From: a virus
Taxonomy: Duplodnaviria; Heunggongvirae; Uroviricota; Caudoviricetes
Virus record (IMG/VR): IMGVR_UViG_3300005758_000044
Location: 1 to 64,000 of that record
Strand: one strand, 5' to 3'
DNA length: 64,000 bases
This document shows positions 38,095 to 47,085 of the stretch, one piece after another. Position 1 is the stretch's first letter. Each line of letters begins with the position of its first letter. A program made the translations under genes and the position numbers. The notes under the pieces were generated by a model. The model saw nothing but the letters and a program-made list of their open reading frames with translations. It was not told the DNA's origin and ran no database searches.

Positions 38095-38457
38095 TCAAGG
38101 GGCAAGTTCCAATCCGGTGGTGGTGCTACGTCTACCCACCTTGAGCATCCAATCTTCTGGATCGTTGTGAAGAAGCTTCAAATAGTCAGCGGGTGTAGGA
38201 ATCCAACCACAATCTTCTTCGACGTGTTGTTCAGCAATCATCTTGGTAGCAATGTGTTGACCTTTGCTGTTGACAACCGTGTGACCGAACTTTTCAATCG
38301 CCCACTGAATACCAGCACTATGATGACGAAGAGCACGATGTGTCCAATCGCCGGTATATTGCTTTGTTTCATCAAACCAATCGTGGATTGCAATGTAGTC
38401 CGAAGGTGAACCGCCCCACTTACGGGCAGAGGATTCTGCATGTTTCCAAGGTGTCAT
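38095..38457 (-). CDS. hypothetical protein, paralogue of 5576-6034
   Basis: HAESSARKWGGSPSDY motif. Confidence 0.55.
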   Translation of the reverse strand: MTPWKHAESSARKWGGSPSDYIAIHDWFDETKQYTGDWTHRALRHHSAGIQWAIEKFGHTVVNSKGQHIATKMIAEQHVEEDCGWIPTPADYLKLLHNDPEDWMLKVGRRSTTTGLELAP

Positions 38458-38486
38458 GTTGAAACTACTGTATCAGTGTTTTAGAA

Positions 38487-38660
38487 AAAGTAAAGACCCA
38501 TTTCAGAAAAACAGATAATAGACGAGATATGACACAGCGACAAAAAACAAAAGCATCGTGCCCTTGGAATATTCTTTGACATTGGTTAAGAAGCAACAAA
38601 TCAGGCTGACAATATAGACCGTGCAGTAAATTGATGCCAAGATCAGAAAAAACGGATGTT
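38487..38660 (-). CDS. small membrane protein (~57 aa, 2 TM)
   Basis: MKHPFFLILASIYCTVYIVSLICC...; preferred over the overlapping track ORF 38465-38704. Confidence 0.3.
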
Positions 38661-38891
38661 TCATAGTGGATACAGTTTATCACTGATTGACAGACATTCA
38701 ACAACTTTTGCTTCCGTTATCTTGTTGCGCCAGTATTCATTGGATCTCCTGCCCATTTCAGTTTCAATCTCATTTATATTCTGAATTTCTACTTCACGAT
38801 TTGCAACACGAAACCGCTTTACAGCATGATATGAATTCGCTTGAGCGTAAAATGTTGCCAATTCAATATCAGATAAATCAGAAATTTTCAT
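38661..38891 (-). CDS. hypothetical protein
   Basis: 76 aa. Confidence 0.45.
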   Translation of the reverse strand: MKISDLSDIELATFYAQANSYHAVKRFRVANREVEIQNINEIETEMGRRSNEYWRNKITEAKVVECLSISDKLYPL

Positions 38892-39029
38892 AGTAGATCA
38901 ACTAACTTTTGAATTGATTCGGTTGCATCACACCTAATGTATTCTGCAATGCTTTGGGACAGGTTTTCCGTCTTCCACCCACTAGGCTATGGGTTCTACC
39001 GAATCAACTGAAAATATCCTATCATGCTT

Positions 39030-39200
39030 TTATCGAAAGTCAACAGACAATTTTTTCCAACCTTTTAGGATTTCTTGCTGAGTTGTTGGGTCGTTTGAAC
39101 ACAACATTAACGCATTTTGCATTGATGTCAATGCAGTTTCTGCATCATTTTTTGATGAAAATCCCGATGCAATAACACACTTCTTGATTACAAGTTTCAT
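39030..39200 (-). CDS. hypothetical protein
   Basis: track ORF starts at TTG inside the promoter; trimmed to ATG (MKLVIKKC...). Confidence 0.4.
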   Translation of the reverse strand: MKLVIKKCVIASGFSSKNDAETALTSMQNALMLCSNDPTTQQEILKGWKKLSVDFR

Positions 39201-39236
39201 CTTCACATAGCATATCGACGTTTTGTAGAAAGTCAA

Positions 39237-39446
39237 TCACTTAAGTGAAACAAGTTCAATTTTCTGATCGTGGTGAAATCCAGTCTGTCGTGGCTGAATA
39301 TCCCATCCATCAATCAGATAACCGATTCTTACACTTTTACGAGTAACATCAACACTAACCACTTTACATTTGAACCCGTTCAATACGCTGATGTCTTTCA
39401 TGACAAAAACATCATCAATAGCGAGATCTTTGGCTCTAATAGTCAT
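39237..39446 (-). CDS. hypothetical protein
   Basis: 69 aa with reverse promoter at 39465. Confidence 0.45.
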   Translation of the reverse strand: MTIRAKDLAIDDVFVMKDISVLNGFKCKVVSVDVTRKSVRIGYLIDGWDIQPRQTGFHHDQKIELVSLK

Positions 39447-39521
39447 GTGTAAAATGCTATCAGAGTTTTAGATAAAATCAAGCCTTGGTTTCATCATTCA
39501 GCCGCGGAAAACCATACGGGT

Positions 39522-39552
39522 GCATAAAAAAATCCACCCGTTAGGATGGATT
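39522..39552 (-). terminator. rho-independent terminator
   Basis: atccacccg-ttag-gatggat with T-run on minus. Confidence 0.55.
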
Positions 39553-39572
39553 GTGATTGACACTCTATGGTA

Positions 39573-40085
39573 TTAGAGGGTGCGGTCGAGGGTGGCAAAC
39601 AGACCCGCCGTCTCAGGGAAGGTCTGAATCAGCCAGGCACGAGCCTTGTCAGCATCAGCAAACTGAAACTGATTGACAGGGCGACCACGGCCACTGGCAG
39701 ACGGAGCGGTGCCGACAAACGACAACTTGGTGAACTGGGCGACGGCGGGCAGAGTGTTGGTATACTCCCGCTGGACACGGGAAGGGGTCACACCCTGTGC
39801 CGCGTTCTTGAGCAGGGTAGCACCAGTGGCAGCGATGTGGAAATCCACCTCAGCGAGCTTGTTACGAATGTCGAGGAAGGTGAACGACTTGTCGAAGTAG
39901 GTGGCAGCGACCAGAACCGCCTTCCACCACGGGAGGGAGTTGCGAATCTTGGCCAGACCGTTCTTGAGACGAAACTCGTTCATCTCGTTGGTGAACTGAA
40001 TGTCCTGAGCCAGCGACCGAATACGAATGTCGGTGCGGCCGATGGTGATAGTGGAACCAATGACGGAGTTAGTGTTAGCGCTCAT
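39573..40085 (-). CDS. hypothetical protein (GC-rich island)
   Basis: 170 aa; local GC ~52%. Confidence 0.5.
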   Translation of the reverse strand: MSANTNSVIGSTITIGRTDIRIRSLAQDIQFTNEMNEFRLKNGLAKIRNSLPWWKAVLVAATYFDKSFTFLDIRNKLAEVDFHIAATGATLLKNAAQGVTPSRVQREYTNTLPAVAQFTKLSFVGTAPSASGRGRPVNQFQFADADKARAWLIQTFPETAGLFATLDRTL

Positions 40086-40212
40086 TTTTTTATTCTGTTA
40101 GTTGTTAGTTGTTAGTTCTTACTTAAATCTCAAACTTACGGTTTATACTTTATCAGAGTTTTGGAGAAAGTCAAGGGGCTTTTTAACCTAACCCCAAGGT
40201 TTTTTGATTCAA

Positions 40213-40722
40213 TCAGTGCCACTCACTGAAGAAGCAAGCCTCACCGCCCCAAGGATATGCGAACGAGTAACTGTTGATTCGGAAACTCACCTTGCCGGTG
40301 CCGTCAACCCGAATACGAGCAATCGACTCGTTGGTTCCCACACTGTTGAGATTGGGAGTGGTTTCGCCGCACATGGGGCCGGTATACTTGCGGTCAGCAC
40401 CAATCGAAACGTACTTGACACTTGCACCCGTGACAGCCGTGATCTTGTAGAAGTCGATGTTGGTCTGCTCGTAACCCCACGAGCACACAAAGATGTCACC
40501 AACCTTCACTTCCGCCCTGGGAGCAGCAACCTTGGTGGCCAGGTTTTTGTTGATGTGAAGCGACCCGTAATGTCCTTCGGGCGACACACTGAGCGTACCA
40601 TCACGCGATGCCTTCCAAACACGGCACTTGGTTCCGGCAGGAACACATTTGTTGCTGTATGCCATCTTCACGTCAGCGTTGAGGGTGATGAAGTCGTTAC
40701 GACGAATCGATGTGTTATTCAT
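40213..40722 (-). CDS. hypothetical protein (GC-rich island)
   Basis: 169 aa; sigma70 promoter TTGAAA-16-TATACT upstream on minus strand. Confidence 0.5.
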   Translation of the reverse strand: MNNTSIRRNDFITLNADVKMAYSNKCVPAGTKCRVWKASRDGTLSVSPEGHYGSLHINKNLATKVAAPRAEVKVGDIFVCSWGYEQTNIDFYKITAVTGASVKYVSIGADRKYTGPMCGETTPNLNSVGTNESIARIRVDGTGKVSFRINSYSFAYPWGGEACFFSEWH

Positions 40723-40894
40723 TACGAAAATGAGTATAGGCTAGACTGCGCAGTTTTCAACCACTTTTTAGAGAAATCTTTTTACTTGACATTTGATACA
40801 AATCAGCATGCGGCGTAGCAGTTGGATAGCCGCGGTAAATCAGAAAGTTTATTTTGGGGCTTGAAATATGCCACGATGCTACTAGACTGTCCAC

Positions 40895-41236
40895 ATGAAC
40901 AAGAACGTTGTTGCCTACATCAAGAACCAACTGGCCACCAACCCCGCTTGGGCTGCTAGGGCTATCGTCAAGTTGCACCAAATGCAGACCTTCGATGAGC
41001 AGAACAGCCAGACGACCAAAGAAAGCAACGGTGTTGGTTTCAACGGCACTGATGCTACTATCCTGAGCAGTTTTGCTGAACAAATCAATCGTGGTCGCAC
41101 GCTCAGTCCCAAGCAGTTGGCCATTGCTTTCAAGAAACTGCCCAAGTATAGCCGACAAGTGATTGGATTCATTCCTGCTGAGAAGTTGGCCGAGATTGAG
41201 GCTCAAGTTGTCAAGAGTGAAGTGGCGACGGCCTAA
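40895..41236 (+). CDS. hypothetical protein
   Basis: 113 aa; promoter cTTGAAAtatgccacgatgcTACTAGACT. Confidence 0.5.
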   Translation: MNKNVVAYIKNQLATNPAWAARAIVKLHQMQTFDEQNSQTTKESNGVGFNGTDATILSSFAEQINRGRTLSPKQLAIAFKKLPKYSRQVIGFIPAEKLAEIEAQVVKSEVATA

Positions 41237-41308
41237 CACAGTGGTTGACAAAAGTCAACCATTTTCTTCAGTGTTGACGTTTTCCGCGTTGGGTGATATA
41301 GTTGAATC

Positions 41309-41539
41309 ATGATATTACTAAATCTGAATGAATTGTTGAAGTTTGCTCTTGACAGTGTTGTCAACTATGTTAGTACCATATTCCTTTTGTTTTTGTTGGG
41401 AGTGCTTGCTGTAGGTCTGCTGACGCATCTTGCTGAAAAGATCGCCGGAGTTGTGGTGACCATCATCATGATTTCCCGCGGCCAAAGTGTGCAGGGTTTG
41501 CAGCAACAACAACAAGATGATGACAAAGATGAAGATTGA
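41309..41539 (+). CDS. small membrane protein with polyQ/acidic tail
   Basis: TTTTCCGCG motif lies in its promoter spacer (TTGACGTTTTCCGCGTTGGGTGATATAGT). Confidence 0.45.
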   Translation: MILLNLNELLKFALDSVVNYVSTIFLLFLLGVLAVGLLTHLAEKIAGVVVTIIMISRGQSVQGLQQQQQDDDKDED

Positions 41540-41579
41540 CCGTTGACTTTTTGGAAAACCGTGATAGAGTGTCTTTGTT

Positions 41580-41807
41580 ATGAACGACTACGAAGACGTT
41601 TGTTACGAGGACAGTGTGAGTTCCGAAACAGACGATTACCAGAGTCACGGATGGCCTGGTGACGGTAGCGGCGAGGATGACCTTGCTGACTACAATCAGA
41701 ACGAGGCAGACGACTATCGCCACGAAGGTGCTGAGGATAGTCACCTCGAAATGGAGTATGAGGACCGTAACGGTTGTGGGTATGAAGCCGACGGTTTCGA
41801 CTACTAA
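41580..41807 (+). CDS. highly acidic small protein (DNA-mimic candidate)
   Basis: 75 aa, about 40% D/E, aromatic residues interspersed. Confidence 0.5.
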   Translation: MNDYEDVCYEDSVSSETDDYQSHGWPGDGSGEDDLADYNQNEADDYRHEGAEDSHLEMEYEDRNGCGYEADGFDY

Positions 41808-41863
41808 CTCCAAACAATAAGGTTGGGTGTTATCCTTCTTCGAAAACACCACTCTATTTCTTT

Positions 41864-42064
41864 ATGAAGTGTCAACCTATTATCAGTGTTTTGCATCGTG
41901 AAAACGACGAACTGTTCGTTATTTTCCGCGTGGGTGGATTGATGTTCAACTGGTGGACCAGTGTTCATGCCAAAAACACCTATGGAAAGGTATACATGAA
42001 ACCATATGGCACGGTGTGGTTTGCACAACTTTACCGGCTGGAATTTGTTTATACCACGATTTGA
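41864..42064 (+). CDS. hypothetical protein
   Basis: weak; internal TTTTCCGCG motif; real start may be MFNWW. Confidence 0.3.
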   Translation: MKCQPIISVLHRENDELFVIFRVGGLMFNWWTSVHAKNTYGKVYMKPYGTVWFAQLYRLEFVYTTI

Positions 42065-42102
42065 CCTCTTGACAGTTTGTAGAAACCTGATATTCTCTAA
42101 CC

Positions 42103-42387
42103 ATGATTGAATCTACTGTAGCAACATCTAACATCGACGATCTTGATCTGGAAGCTCTTGATGATGAACAGTTTCATCGAGAATTGACTGATATGGTGGC
42201 AACTTTGCCGGGATCCTCGAGCGAGGACATGCAGCGGTATGCTGACAAGATGAAAATGCTGGATGACATTCATATTGAAGTGTTTGGACCTCCCAAGCCG
42301 ATTGAGTGGGATCATGATGACAGCATGGATTTCAAGTATGTTGAACCGTTTCAGGCATATCGATTGTCTGGTGGTTCTGCTTATTGA
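42103..42387 (+). CDS. acidic hypothetical protein
   Basis: 94 aa. Confidence 0.5.
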   Translation: MIESTVATSNIDDLDLEALDDEQFHRELTDMVATLPGSSSEDMQRYADKMKMLDDIHIEVFGPPKPIEWDHDDSMDFKYVEPFQAYRLSGGSAY

Positions 42388-42420
42388 CAACAACAACAAA
42401 ATACAATAAACTGATAGAGT

Positions 42421-42573
42421 ATGGGCAAGAGTTATCGACGCAACGACGAATACGGAAACAAGTATCGTGGTGCACGAAAGAGCAACAAGAAGATTGACAA
42501 GAATCGCAAGGTTCGGTCGTCATATGAAGTGAACGACGAAAACGATAATATGTGGATGCGAGCTGGACAATAC
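42421..42573 (+). CDS. small basic protein (~50 aa)
   Basis: TTGACA-17-TAAACT promoter then leaderless ATG. Confidence 0.3.
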
Positions 42574-42622
42574 GAAAACTAAGTATTGACTTTCTCTAAA
42601 ACCAAGATACACTGTCTTCACC

Positions 42623-42865
42623 ATGAAACTGAAGAAGATTAAGACCATCAGTGAGTTGGCGAATCTGGCACGAACCAACAAATACTATGAACAGCTTGCT
42701 ATTGTGGCTGCTTCCAATTTGGGTGGTGGCAATTTGAGTTTGAATGAAGCTATCGATTGGTTGAAAACCAATGCCATGGAAACCAACGCATCGGGTGAAG
42801 TTGCTGACAGCGAATCAGGAGTGGTTGATGAAATCAACTTTTGTCGAGATTTGGTGAAGGCTTGA
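42623..42865 (+). CDS. hypothetical protein
   Basis: 80 aa. Confidence 0.5.
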   Translation: MKLKKIKTISELANLARTNKYYEQLAIVAASNLGGGNLSLNEAIDWLKTNAMETNASGEVADSESGVVDEINFCRDLVKA

Positions 42866-42897
42866 CTTTCTCTAAAAGACTGATAAAGTTATTCGAC

Positions 42898-43149
42898 ATG
42901 AGACACAAGTGGATTCGAATGAATTCGTCGTTGCCCAACCTGAACGTGTTGATGGTTGATGGCAAGGAAGCTGGGTTTATTGAAAAGCCCAAGGATACCA
43001 AGACAGATCGTAACGCATGGCGTGTTCATCTTGGTGTGGGTGATCGCAACAAGTTTGTTGGTCATCGGTGGTCCAAAGCGGATGCCCAGCGATTGCTTGA
43101 GAGTTTTTGTGTTGGTGGTGTTCGTGGTTTGAATTACGGTGTGAGATGA
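42898..43149 (+). CDS. hypothetical protein
   Basis: trimmed to ATG 8 nt after -10. Confidence 0.5.
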   Translation: MRHKWIRMNSSLPNLNVLMVDGKEAGFIEKPKDTKTDRNAWRVHLGVGDRNKFVGHRWSKADAQRLLESFCVGGVRGLNYGVR

Positions 43150-43157
43150 AGGTTATA

Positions 43158-43185
43158 GGTTTGCGGTGATCCTAATCAAAACCGC
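43158..43185 (+). repeat. conserved upstream hairpin element
   Basis: AGGTTTGCGGTGATCCTAATCAAAACCGC. Confidence 0.6.
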
Positions 43186-43220
43186 TTGACTTTCTGTAAA
43201 ATGTGGATATTCTGTAACAC

Positions 43221-43487
43221 ATGGACATTTCAAGTAAGCAACCTGACTTTGTAAGCGATACGGGTGTGAAGTGGTACTTTGACACACATACCACAGAATA
43301 TGCTAGAAGCGATAGTTTGAAGAGTAGTGGCAAAGGAATTGCTACAATTCGTTGTTATGTGGTAGTGTTTCCCAGCGGTGAAACCACAAGAGTGGTACTG
43401 GATAACAACACCCCTATTTACGAAAGTACCAGTTTGGATGCAATTGGTTGTTTTTTGGATATGCTGAAACTTAGTTTACAGCATTGA
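43221..43487 (+). CDS. hypothetical protein
   Basis: 88 aa. Confidence 0.5.
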   Translation: MDISSKQPDFVSDTGVKWYFDTHTTEYARSDSLKSSGKGIATIRCYVVVFPSGETTRVVLDNNTPIYESTSLDAIGCFLDMLKLSLQH

Positions 43488-43627
43488 TTTGAATTGACTT
43501 TCAGTCAAGATGCCTAGTTCTGTCTGCGGGGCTAACCGCTTTCTAGTGTAAGAAAACACCGATCCCCTTAAGGTTCAAATAGAAATGCATCTTGACTTTT
43601 TCTAAAACTTCGATACACTTCTACGTA

Positions 43628-43915
43628 ATGGAAACTGAAACCAAGAAGAAACGCAACAAAGCAGGTGCAAGCATTGTTTTGCCTGCTGATACATGGACGA
43701 TGAAACAGGCACATGCACTGAATCCAAGTGTGTGTCATGCAAGTGTTTATCATCGTGTCAAGTATCTTCAGAGTGAAGGCAAGGTGATTGTTTGTGGTTC
43801 GGTGCAGATTGGACGTGGCAAGCCTAGTTTGATGTATCGCATGGCAACTGAATCGGATGTGGTTGTTGCACAGGAAGTTGCTGAATCAAAACTTCCAGCT
43901 GATTTGCCTTTCTGA
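43628..43915 (+). CDS. possible winged-helix DNA-binding protein
   Basis: trimmed to METETKKK; VYHRVKYLQSEGKV...GRGKP resembles wHTH recognition helix/wing. Confidence 0.4.
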   Translation: METETKKKRNKAGASIVLPADTWTMKQAHALNPSVCHASVYHRVKYLQSEGKVIVCGSVQIGRGKPSLMYRMATESDVVVAQEVAESKLPADLPF

Positions 43916-43956
43916 GGCTTGACTTTTTCTAAAGTTGTGAGATACTTATTTCAATA

Positions 43957-44076
43957 TGAAACCGCAGGTTAAGATTCGCAAGAGTTGGGGAGTTACCAAT
44001 CCAGTTACTCGGCGAGTTGAAAACAAGAAATCCTACAATCGCAAAGAGAAGTGGGGCAAAAACTGGGAAGACTAAC
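43957..44076 (+). CDS. small basic protein (~39 aa)
   Basis: MKPQVKIRKSWGVTNPVTRRVENKKSYNRKEKWGKNWED, own promoter, followed by terminator. Confidence 0.3.
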
Positions 44077-44082
44077 AACACA

Positions 44083-44111
44083 AGAGGAACGTCAGTTCCT
44101 CTTTTTTTTGT
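44083..44111 (+). terminator. rho-independent terminator
   Basis: agaggaac-gtca-gttcctct + TTTTTTTT. Confidence 0.8.
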
Positions 44112-44159
44112 ATGTCAATGGCGAATTAAAATTAAGCGCAAGGTTTTCTACTAAATATA

Positions 44160-44285
44160 TTTATTTGCCATAAGCAAAAGCAAGCTGCTGCAGCAAAAGC
44201 AAGCACCACAAGCAAAACAACCTCTTCAATATCAATAACAACCATAAGCAAAAGCAAGCGAAAACAAGCGCTGCAATATGGCAAA
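44160..44285. repeat. direct repeats AAGCAAAAGCAAGC (4 copies) plus related AAGCAAAACAA units
   Basis: ataagcaaaagcaagctgctgcagcaaaagcaagcacc...ataagcaaaagcaagcgaaaacaagcg. Confidence 0.75.
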
Positions 44286-44326
44286 AGTATAAAAAGTCGC
44301 TTGACGTTTTGTGAAAGTGTGGTAGA

Positions 44327-44584
44327 TTGATCTTCGTTATGACACTTCAACAGTTTCAAGATGCTTTCGCAATCGCCAAAGATTTCAACCGTGATTTGTC
44401 GGAGGTGGATAACAGCATTCTGTTTGGATATGGTTTGCCCGAGTTCAAGCCGGTGCATACGACGTTGGAAGCAGTTGCGAAGACCATCAGATGGCAAGCG
44501 CTTCAATTCAACGGGCAATGGGATTCTGAGGCTTTGAATGAGATTGCTGAACTGGGAAGACGCAACTTCTTGGTGTTGGGTTGA
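44327..44584 (+). CDS. hypothetical protein
   Basis: 85 aa. Confidence 0.5.
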   Translation: MIFVMTLQQFQDAFAIAKDFNRDLSEVDNSILFGYGLPEFKPVHTTLEAVAKTIRWQALQFNGQWDSEALNEIAELGRRNFLVLG

Positions 44585-44592
44585 AGTTGAAA

Positions 44593-44619
44593 AGGTTTGC
44601 GGTGATCCTATAAAACCGC
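44593..44619 (+). repeat. conserved upstream hairpin element
   Basis: AGGTTTGCGGTGATCCTATAAAACCGC. Confidence 0.6.
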
Positions 44620-44656
44620 TTGACTTTTTCAACAAATCGAATACAGTAGTTGAACA

Positions 44657-44860
44657 ATGATACTTTCCACAGCAAAGTACGAAGCAGAGTGCTGGGCGAC
44701 TGGTAAAACGAATGAGGAATTGCAAGAAGAAATCAACTACCTAGATTCGCTGTGGTCAATGAAACATCCTAATCCGTTTCCCAAAAACGCCCAGCACTCC
44801 TATTCACGACTGTATACTCTTCAAGAAATTCTCAAAAGCCGGTTGACTTCTTCTAAATAA
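44657..44860 (+). CDS. hypothetical protein
   Basis: 67 aa. Confidence 0.5.
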   Translation: MILSTAKYEAECWATGKTNEELQEEINYLDSLWSMKHPNPFPKNAQHSYSRLYTLQEILKSRLTSSK

Positions 44861-44891
44861 TCACTAGACTAACAACAACAATAATACATAA

Positions 44892-45116
44892 ATGAAAACA
44901 TTCGTTACCGCTATCGTTACCGTCTTCGGTGTCATCGCATTCGTCATTCTTCTTTCAGCACTGTTTGCTCTGCCAGTTATGTGGCTGTGGAACTATGTGG
45001 TTCCTCATCAGTTTGGTTTGAAAGAGATTGACTTTCTTCACGCATGGGGTCTTAACGTGCTGTGTGGATTCATCTTCAAGAGTTCCTCCTATTCCAACAA
45101 CAACAAGTCTAAGTAA
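44892..45116 (+). CDS. small membrane protein
   Basis: 2 TM helices. Confidence 0.5.
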   Translation: MKTFVTAIVTVFGVIAFVILLSALFALPVMWLWNYVVPHQFGLKEIDFLHAWGLNVLCGFIFKSSSYSNNNKSK

Positions 45117-45167
45117 CACTTGACTTTCTCTAAAACTCAGTTAGACTAACGTCCACAACAATAAATT

Positions 45168-45572
45168 ATGCCTAAGAACAAGAATCACAAGGAACGTATC
45201 ACCCTCGACGACAGTATGATGGATGTCGTCATGAAGATGGCTGACGGCAATCCGGGTGCACTCACAGTTATCACGCGGTTGATTTCTGACAAGAATGATC
45301 CCGACGATTGGGCTGGCGGATTTGGTAAACTGCTGAGTCTCGACTCCCACGGCATCTATGGTTCCAACATTTGGGTGTTGTTCAAGAACGTGTGTGACCA
45401 GAGCATCTTGAATGTGGTGACTGTGCTTCGGGCAGTTCAGCTGGGACTTTACTCTGAACGTGATCTGTGGAATTGTATTGACAACTGCACTCCATTGGAC
45501 TGTGAACGGCTGCTGTCAAGTGTTCGTAAGGAACTGCCTCGATTTGGTAATGCTGAATCACAGACCGCTTGA
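45168..45572 (+). CDS. hypothetical protein
   Basis: 134 aa. Confidence 0.5.
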   Translation: MPKNKNHKERITLDDSMMDVVMKMADGNPGALTVITRLISDKNDPDDWAGGFGKLLSLDSHGIYGSNIWVLFKNVCDQSILNVVTVLRAVQLGLYSERDLWNCIDNCTPLDCERLLSSVRKELPRFGNAESQTA

Positions 45573-45605
45573 CATTTCAAGAAAGTCTGATACTCTGTAT
45601 TCACA

Positions 45606-45836
45606 ATGAATATGTTTCTTGCTTACATTCACAACAACGTCCTTGGTACATGTATCGCTTGTGCAGACGAATCACACGCCTTGGAATTGGTCAAGGATCG
45701 ATTTAAGTTTGTCATTGGCCGTGACATGACGGAGAGTGAAGTTGCTGAGTTTGTAAACGATGGAACGATTTATAACGATGAAGACCACGATAATTTCCAC
45801 AGCTGGTCTATCGGACTGGTCGAAAATTGGGGTTGA
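45606..45836 (+). CDS. hypothetical protein
   Basis: 76 aa. Confidence 0.5.
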   Translation: MNMFLAYIHNNVLGTCIACADESHALELVKDRFKFVIGRDMTESEVAEFVNDGTIYNDEDHDNFHSWSIGLVENWG

Positions 45837-45901
45837 CTTTCTTCAAAACAACTAGTAAAGTAACAAAGTAATCGAAGTAACAACGTAATCGAACTAAAAT
45901 T

Positions 45902-46321
45902 ATGAATCGTATCAATCGAAAGTCGGGATTTACAATCGTTGAACTGTTGGTGGTGGTTGTCATCGTGTTTATTCTGTTTGGTATCATTGCTGGAACGGTA
46001 GGATCGTTGTTCGGAACCAGTGACGGCAAGCGTGTGGGTGTTCTAACCAAGTTTAGTCACCGGGGAGTGTTCATCAAGAGTTACGAAGGTGAACTGAACA
46101 TGGGTGGGGTTCGAAATCATACTGACAGTGAAGGTCGCAGTTCGATGGTTGCCAACACCTGGCAGTTTAGTTGTTCGGATGCCCGAATTGCCAGACAGCT
46201 TGAGGATTTGCTTGGCAAGGAAGTGGTTGTCAAGTATCACCAGAGTTTTCCCGGTCTGAGTCGAAGCACCAGTTACGATGTGGTGAGTGTGGAGGAAGTG
46301 AAGCCCGACAAGGGTAAGTGA
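45902..46321 (+). CDS. type IV prepilin/pseudopilin-like protein
   Basis: class III signal peptide KSGFTIVELLVVVVIVFILFGI (G-F-T-x-x-E motif) at N-terminus. Confidence 0.6.
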   Translation: MNRINRKSGFTIVELLVVVVIVFILFGIIAGTVGSLFGTSDGKRVGVLTKFSHRGVFIKSYEGELNMGGVRNHTDSEGRSSMVANTWQFSCSDARIARQLEDLLGKEVVVKYHQSFPGLSRSTSYDVVSVEEVKPDKGK

Positions 46322-46448
46322 TTACAAGACAACAAGATGCCCACATGGACGAAAGTCTGTGTGGGTTTTTTGTTTGCAGTCAACAACACCGCGGAAAAAA
46401 ACAAGTGGGGCTTGACTTTTGCCAAAAATGTGAGAAACTGTTTTCACA

Positions 46449-46580
46449 ATGAACGACGAAATCATGTTTCTTGCTACGGTGACGGTTGAAGAACTGGAAG
46501 GATATGATCAGTATCTTGCTGAGTTGGAAGCGAAGCAGGATTTGGACATGATGCTCAATCAAATGGCTGGTGAGGCTTGA
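46449..46580 (+). CDS. small acidic protein (~43 aa)
   Basis: hand-translated MNDEIMFLATVTVEELEGYDQYLAELEAK...; own promoter. Confidence 0.3.
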   Translation: MNDEIMFLATVTVEELEGYDQYLAELEAKQDLDMMLNQMAGEA

Positions 46581-46613
46581 CTTTCTGTAAAACTTTGATA
46601 AATTATTGACCAC

Positions 46614-46973
46614 ATGAAGAAGAACATCATTCACGTTATTTATCCTGCTCAGACGACGATTGCTTTTGTTCATGAGTGTGATGAAACGGTGGAAACGATT
46701 CTGGAGTTGGTGTTTGGAATGTTCAACCACGGTTCGTGTCAAGAGACTGAACTGTTTCTCAAGTCCAAGATTCGTTCGTTGAGTGTCAACGACATTGTGT
46801 GTGTGAACGGGCGTTATTTTCAATGTGCTCCGGTTGGTTGGAATGAAGTGTCACCCGAGTATGTGACTCAGTTGGAAAAGGATGTGGCTAACGCTCCTAT
46901 GACTTCGCTTCATGGTCCTTGGTTTGGATTGAGTGAAGTGATGTATGCTCGTCAAAAGGCTCAGTTGGTTTGA
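46614..46973 (+). CDS. hypothetical protein
   Basis: 119 aa. Confidence 0.5.
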   Translation: MKKNIIHVIYPAQTTIAFVHECDETVETILELVFGMFNHGSCQETELFLKSKIRSLSVNDIVCVNGRYFQCAPVGWNEVSPEYVTQLEKDVANAPMTSLHGPWFGLSEVMYARQKAQLV

Positions 46974-46981
46974 TGTTGACA

Positions 46982-47007
46982 AGGTTTACGGTAATCCTAA
47001 AAACCGT
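46982..47007 (+). repeat. upstream hairpin element variant with compensatory stem change (ACGGT/ACCGT)
   Basis: GGTTTACGGTAATCCTAAAAACCGT. Confidence 0.55.
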
Positions 47008-47015
47008 TTGAATCG

Positions 47016-47032
47016 TGGTTTTCCGCGGCTGA
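47016..47032 (+). promoter_or_regulatory. GTGGTTTTCCGCGGCTGA motif copy
   Basis: conserved 18-mer. Confidence 0.5.
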
Positions 47033-47085
47033 CGATGTATGATGGGGCTTGACTTTTTCTAAAAAAAGTGTAGATTATATACACA

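Noticed and set aside
39567-41251. Plus ORFs 39567-40115 and 40204-40818 and minus ORF 40757-41251
   Set aside because: Mirror frames of more plausible genes on the opposite strand in a GC-rich island. The accepted genes have recognisable promoters (a reversed early promoter, or TTGAAA-16-TATACT) and normal amino-acid composition, while the rejected frames are Ser/Gly/Arg-rich.
44132-44725. Minus ORF 44132-44725 (197 aa)
   Set aside because: Runs antisense through gene 44327-44584 and across the AAGCAAAAGCAAGC repeat array and a terminator. Its translation is repetitive (CCG/AA repeats).
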